From: a virus
Lineage: Duplodnaviria > Caudoviricetes
Strand: one strand, 5' to 3'
Length of the DNA: 56,810 bases
Virus record (IMG/VR): IMGVR_UViG_3300013093_000003
Span: 1 to 56,810 of that record
In this document: positions 54,061 to 56,810 of the stretch, in pieces
Layout: every line of letters begins with the position of its first letter
Position numbering within the stretch: the first letter of the stretch is position 1
Notes under the pieces: generated by a model
What the model saw: only the letters and a program-made list of their open reading frames with translations
Databases searched by the model: none
What the model was told of the DNA's origin: nothing
Position numbers and translations under genes: made by a program

Positions 54061-54374
54061 CAAAACCCACCCCAAGATAGCGTATAATCGACAACGCCGT
54101 TCGTGAAATATACTAAAAGCCTTTGGCCATTCATGTTTTTGTAAGTCCAGCTTTCTCTTACGCCGGATTCTTCTGTTGAAACCGTGCGGTCAGAGGGCTT
54201 CCCCAGTTTTATCAGAACCGAAGATTCTGTGTCGCCTACTCTTACGGGGTCTAAGTTATGAACTTTAACGGTGTCGTTGGTCGTTGCACGGCGAACCATA
54301 AACACGCTGACGATAAACGTGTTCACCGCTATAGCCGCAAGTGCCGCGTCAACAATGAGGTTGTCTGTAAACAT
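54060..54374 (-). CDS. Membrane-anchored protein with BamE/SmpA-like motif
   Basis: TM helix then VRVGDTESSVLIKLGKP...ESWTY...VYFTNGVV. Confidence 0.55.
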   Translation of the reverse strand: MFTDNLIVDAALAAIAVNTFIVSVFMVRRATTNDTVKVHNLDPVRVGDTESSVLIKLGKPSDRTVSTEESGVRESWTYKNMNGQRLLVYFTNGVVDYTLSWGGF

Positions 54375-54565
54375 CAGAAACCCCCTAATTTAAATCTGTG
54401 ATTGTAAACGTGCGCCGTTGCAGTCGGTGTCACCGTGCCGAGAAGTTCTTTACGGACGTTCGGGTAAACGATGCGAAACTGCGGCGGCTTGGCCTTGCTG
54501 GTCTTTTCCTGCTGACGGAGCGCGGCTCGGGCAACTTGGCGTGAAACTTTGGTGACTTCGGTCAT
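54374..54565 (-). CDS. Hypothetical basic protein
   Basis: AGGAG RBS; first gene of the leftward operon. Confidence 0.6.
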   Translation of the reverse strand: MTEVTKVSRQVARAALRQQEKTSKAKPPQFRIVYPNVRKELLGTVTPTATAHVYNHRFKLGGF

Positions 54566-54620
54566 AGCATCTCTCCTGCTTTCCGGTTTTTCTGAACCGT
54601 GAGAAAACCCTATATTCTGT

Positions 54621-54649
54621 TTGACACATTGTCAACCACTTGATACAAC
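54621..54649. promoter_or_regulatory. Divergent promoter region
   Basis: TTGACA-CAT-TGTCAA palindrome 54621-54635; TACAAC at 17-bp spacing. Confidence 0.5.
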
Positions 54650-54680
54650 AAATTATCAACAACCTCGGCAGATGGATAAC

Positions 54681-54875
54681 ATGGCTAGACTTCCCAGTGA
54701 AAACCCTACCTACCAAACGGCGTTTCGGATTCCTGCCGACTTGCTGAAGATGCTCGACTCTATTGCGAAGCTGAATGAAGTCAGCCGCAGCCGCGTGTTG
54801 GTCACGCTGTTGCGCACGCAATTGAACATGCCTGAACCTGCGCCAGCCGAGCTGGCCATAACACCGGAGACTTAA
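54681..54875 (+). CDS. Ribbon-helix-helix regulator
   Basis: TAFRIPADLLKMLDSIAK...SRSRVL. Confidence 0.65.
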   Translation: MARLPSENPTYQTAFRIPADLLKMLDSIAKLNEVSRSRVLVTLLRTQLNMPEPAPAELAITPET

Positions 54876-55469
54876 ATGCTTATTGGATTTTGCGGAAAAA
54901 TGCACAGCGGCAAATCAACGGCTTCGAAATACCTGATGGAGAACCACGTTTTTCGGCAGGAAAGTCTTGCAAAACCGTTAAAAGAAATGTTGCGGGTTCT
55001 CGGCTTGACTTACGAACAGGTCTACGGCGACGAGAAAGACCTTCCTTGCGCTTTGCTGAACGGGAAAACGCCGCGCCACGCAATGCAGACACTCGGCACC
55101 GAATGGGGTCGGAACTGCATCGACGAGAACGTATGGGTGCGTGCCGCAATAAAGAATTTTCAAGTCGCCAAAACGAAGGGGTTTCAAAACGTCGTGTTCG
55201 ACGACCTACGATTTCAGAACGAAGTGGACGCAATCCACAAAGCGGGCGGCGTCGTCATTAAGATCATTCGAGGCGAGCAGACTTACAACGCTGCAACGAC
55301 CCACGTCTCCGAGCACGATCTTAGAGACGTGGACTTCACGTTCCTGAATAACGGTGACGTCAAAGACCTGTTTAATTTTCTGGACGATATTATCGACGCC
55401 GACAGTTGGTCGGATTTTCAAGGCCGTATATTCGGGCTAGCGCCACGCCTAAAAACTATCGTAGACTGA
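54876..55469 (+). CDS. Deoxynucleoside monophosphate kinase
   Basis: IGFCGKMHSGKST, PR..MQTLGTEWGR, DDLRFQNE, HVSE. Confidence 0.9.
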   Translation: MLIGFCGKMHSGKSTASKYLMENHVFRQESLAKPLKEMLRVLGLTYEQVYGDEKDLPCALLNGKTPRHAMQTLGTEWGRNCIDENVWVRAAIKNFQVAKTKGFQNVVFDDLRFQNEVDAIHKAGGVVIKIIRGEQTYNAATTHVSEHDLRDVDFTFLNNGDVKDLFNFLDDIIDADSWSDFQGRIFGLAPRLKTIVD

Positions 55470-55485
55470 ACGTCCGATAAAGAAA

Positions 55486-55513
55486 GGCTCCGGTCACAGC
55501 AACGACCGGAGCC
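55486..55513. terminator. Hairpin after the dNMP kinase gene
   Basis: GGCTCCGGTC/GACCGGAGCC stem; no U-tract on +. Confidence 0.35.
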
Positions 55514-55621
55514 CAAGTCAAAGATCAGCAAAAACAAGTCGAAGGACGACGCGTGTTTATACAACATCTAGTCTATTCGCACAAGACCGCCTACTAACCG
55601 CGCTACAATGTGAGTAGATTC

Positions 55622-56810
55622 ATGTCGTCAAATCCATTCGAAGCCTTATGGGCGTTCGGGTATAACAGACTTGTCCCGATTATTCCGCCAAGCGCCCCGA
55701 TCTCCGAAAAATCAAATATCTCGAAACGCATCGCCAAGGGTGAAGACCCGCGCGGCAAAGTGCCCGGCATCATGTGGCAAGACGGCACATGGTCGGGGTA
55801 TGACTGGGTGCCGCACGAATCGGATGAGCGCGACTTAACACGCTGGCACGCCATGCGCGCCGGTGCCGGCATCAAGACCGGCGCGGTTGGCCAATACTCG
55901 CTCATTGCGATCGACGCCGACACGCTGGATAAAAGCTGCGCAGCCATCATCAAAGGCGAAATTGAAAAGACTTTTGGAACCCTTCCTATAAGGGTAGGCC
56001 AAGAGCCGAAAGCCCTCTACGTTCTTCGGGTCGATGGCAAAATTCCGTATCAGCGCATCGACTTCAATCCAGACGCCAACGGCAAGCACGAACGTGTCGA
56101 AATTCTCTCCGACGGTAAACAGTTCGTTGCTTACGGTATTCACCCGAAAACAAAAGAGCCGTATCGCTGGACACAGAAGCTTATTCCGTTCGACGAGCTC
56201 AAGACCGTTGAACCGGAAGCGATTGAAGCTTTCTTGAGCTCGCTCAAAACCATGCTCCCAGAAGCGCTCCAGCCCGTCAAGGAAGGCGTCGGCAACGCGG
56301 TTGAGCAGTCGTCCTTAAAAGGCGATCTTGCCGTTGTGGCGCGGGCTGTGGCCAATACGCCGAACACGTCGGCTCTGTTCCCGACGCGCGAGTCCTACCG
56401 CGATTTCGGTTATGCGGTCAAAGCATCGCTTCCCGACAACGAGCCCGAAGCCCTTGAGCTTTATCAGGACTGGTGCGCACGCTGGACAGGCGGCACCAAT
56501 GAGCCGGATATTGTGAACGCGGATTGGCGCCGCATGAAAGGCCCGTTCCGGCGTGGTGCGTCATGGCTTTACGATATTGCAGAGCAATACTCCGAGGGTA
56601 GGTTCTCGTCATCCGAACAGTGGTTTGAAGCGCCCCCACCGGAAAAACCAGCTACAGCAGACGGTTTCTTCTTTGACGACAACGAACCCGTCTCGCTTCC
56701 TCCTGCTCTTGTCAAAGGGCTCATACCCTTTGAAGGGGTTTGCTTCATCGGCGGGCAGAGCGGCGCGGGCAAAACATTTCTTGTTTGCGATCTGGCAGTC
56801 AGTCTGGCCA
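55622..56810 (+). CDS. 5' part of bifunctional primase-polymerase / PriCT / helicase (about 750 aa across the junction)
   Basis: Own translation: MSSNPF...GIKTG...IAIDAD...QFVAYGIHP...W..W (PriCT-like)...GQSGAGKT; continues to 1187. Confidence 0.88.
   Translation, partial: MSSNPFEALWAFGYNRLVPIIPPSAPISEKSNISKRIAKGEDPRGKVPGIMWQDGTWSGYDWVPHESDERDLTRWHAMRAGAGIKTGAVGQYSLIAIDADTLDKSCAAIIKGEIEKTFGTLPIRVGQEPKALYVLRVDGKIPYQRIDFNPDANGKHERVEILSDGKQFVAYGIHPKTKEPYRWTQKLIPFDELKTVEPEAIEAFLSSLKTMLPEALQPVKEGVGNAVEQSSLKGDLAVVARAVANTPNTSALFPTRESYRDFGYAVKASLPDNEPEALELYQDWCARWTGGTNEPDIVNADWRRMKGPFRRGASWLYDIAEQYSEGRFSSSEQWFEAPPPEKPATADGFFFDDNEPVSLPPALVKGLIPFEGVCFIGGQSGAGKTFLVCDLAVSLA
56688..56810. repeat. Terminal direct repeat of the contig, copy 2
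   Basis: Identical to 1-123. Confidence 0.95.

Overview
The window looks like a complete, circularly assembled ~56.7 kb tailed-phage genome. Bases 56688-56810 repeat bases 1-123, and a prim-pol/helicase ORF reads through that junction. The virion is podovirus-like: TerL, portal, scaffold, major capsid, adaptor, nozzle, three ejection-type proteins, fibres and no tape measure. Replication is APSE-like: SNF2 helicase, DUF2800 nuclease, SSB, family A polymerase and prim-pol/AAA helicase. GapR- and GcrA-like genes point to an alphaproteobacterial host. The most unusual signals are: (1) a ~4.3 kb early-gene island (~1330-5700) nearly free of GAAG/CTTC, bracketed by ATACAASTTGTAT palindromes and strand-polar GCCCAG arrays, and carrying a serine recombinase and a beta-clamp fragment; (2) four replication-arm proteins ending in LFD; (3) fibre-like proteins with Sec-type signal peptides and paired cysteines; (4) a portal gene on the opposite strand to the other head genes; (5) an antisense HNH gene whose opposite frame exactly couples the scaffold stop to the capsid start; (6) a class 3 intein in the helicase Walker A; (7) a gcrA-like gene broken by a 7-bp tandem duplication; (8) a candidate structured ncRNA. 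All calls come from reading motifs by eye. No database searches were run, and counts are manual.
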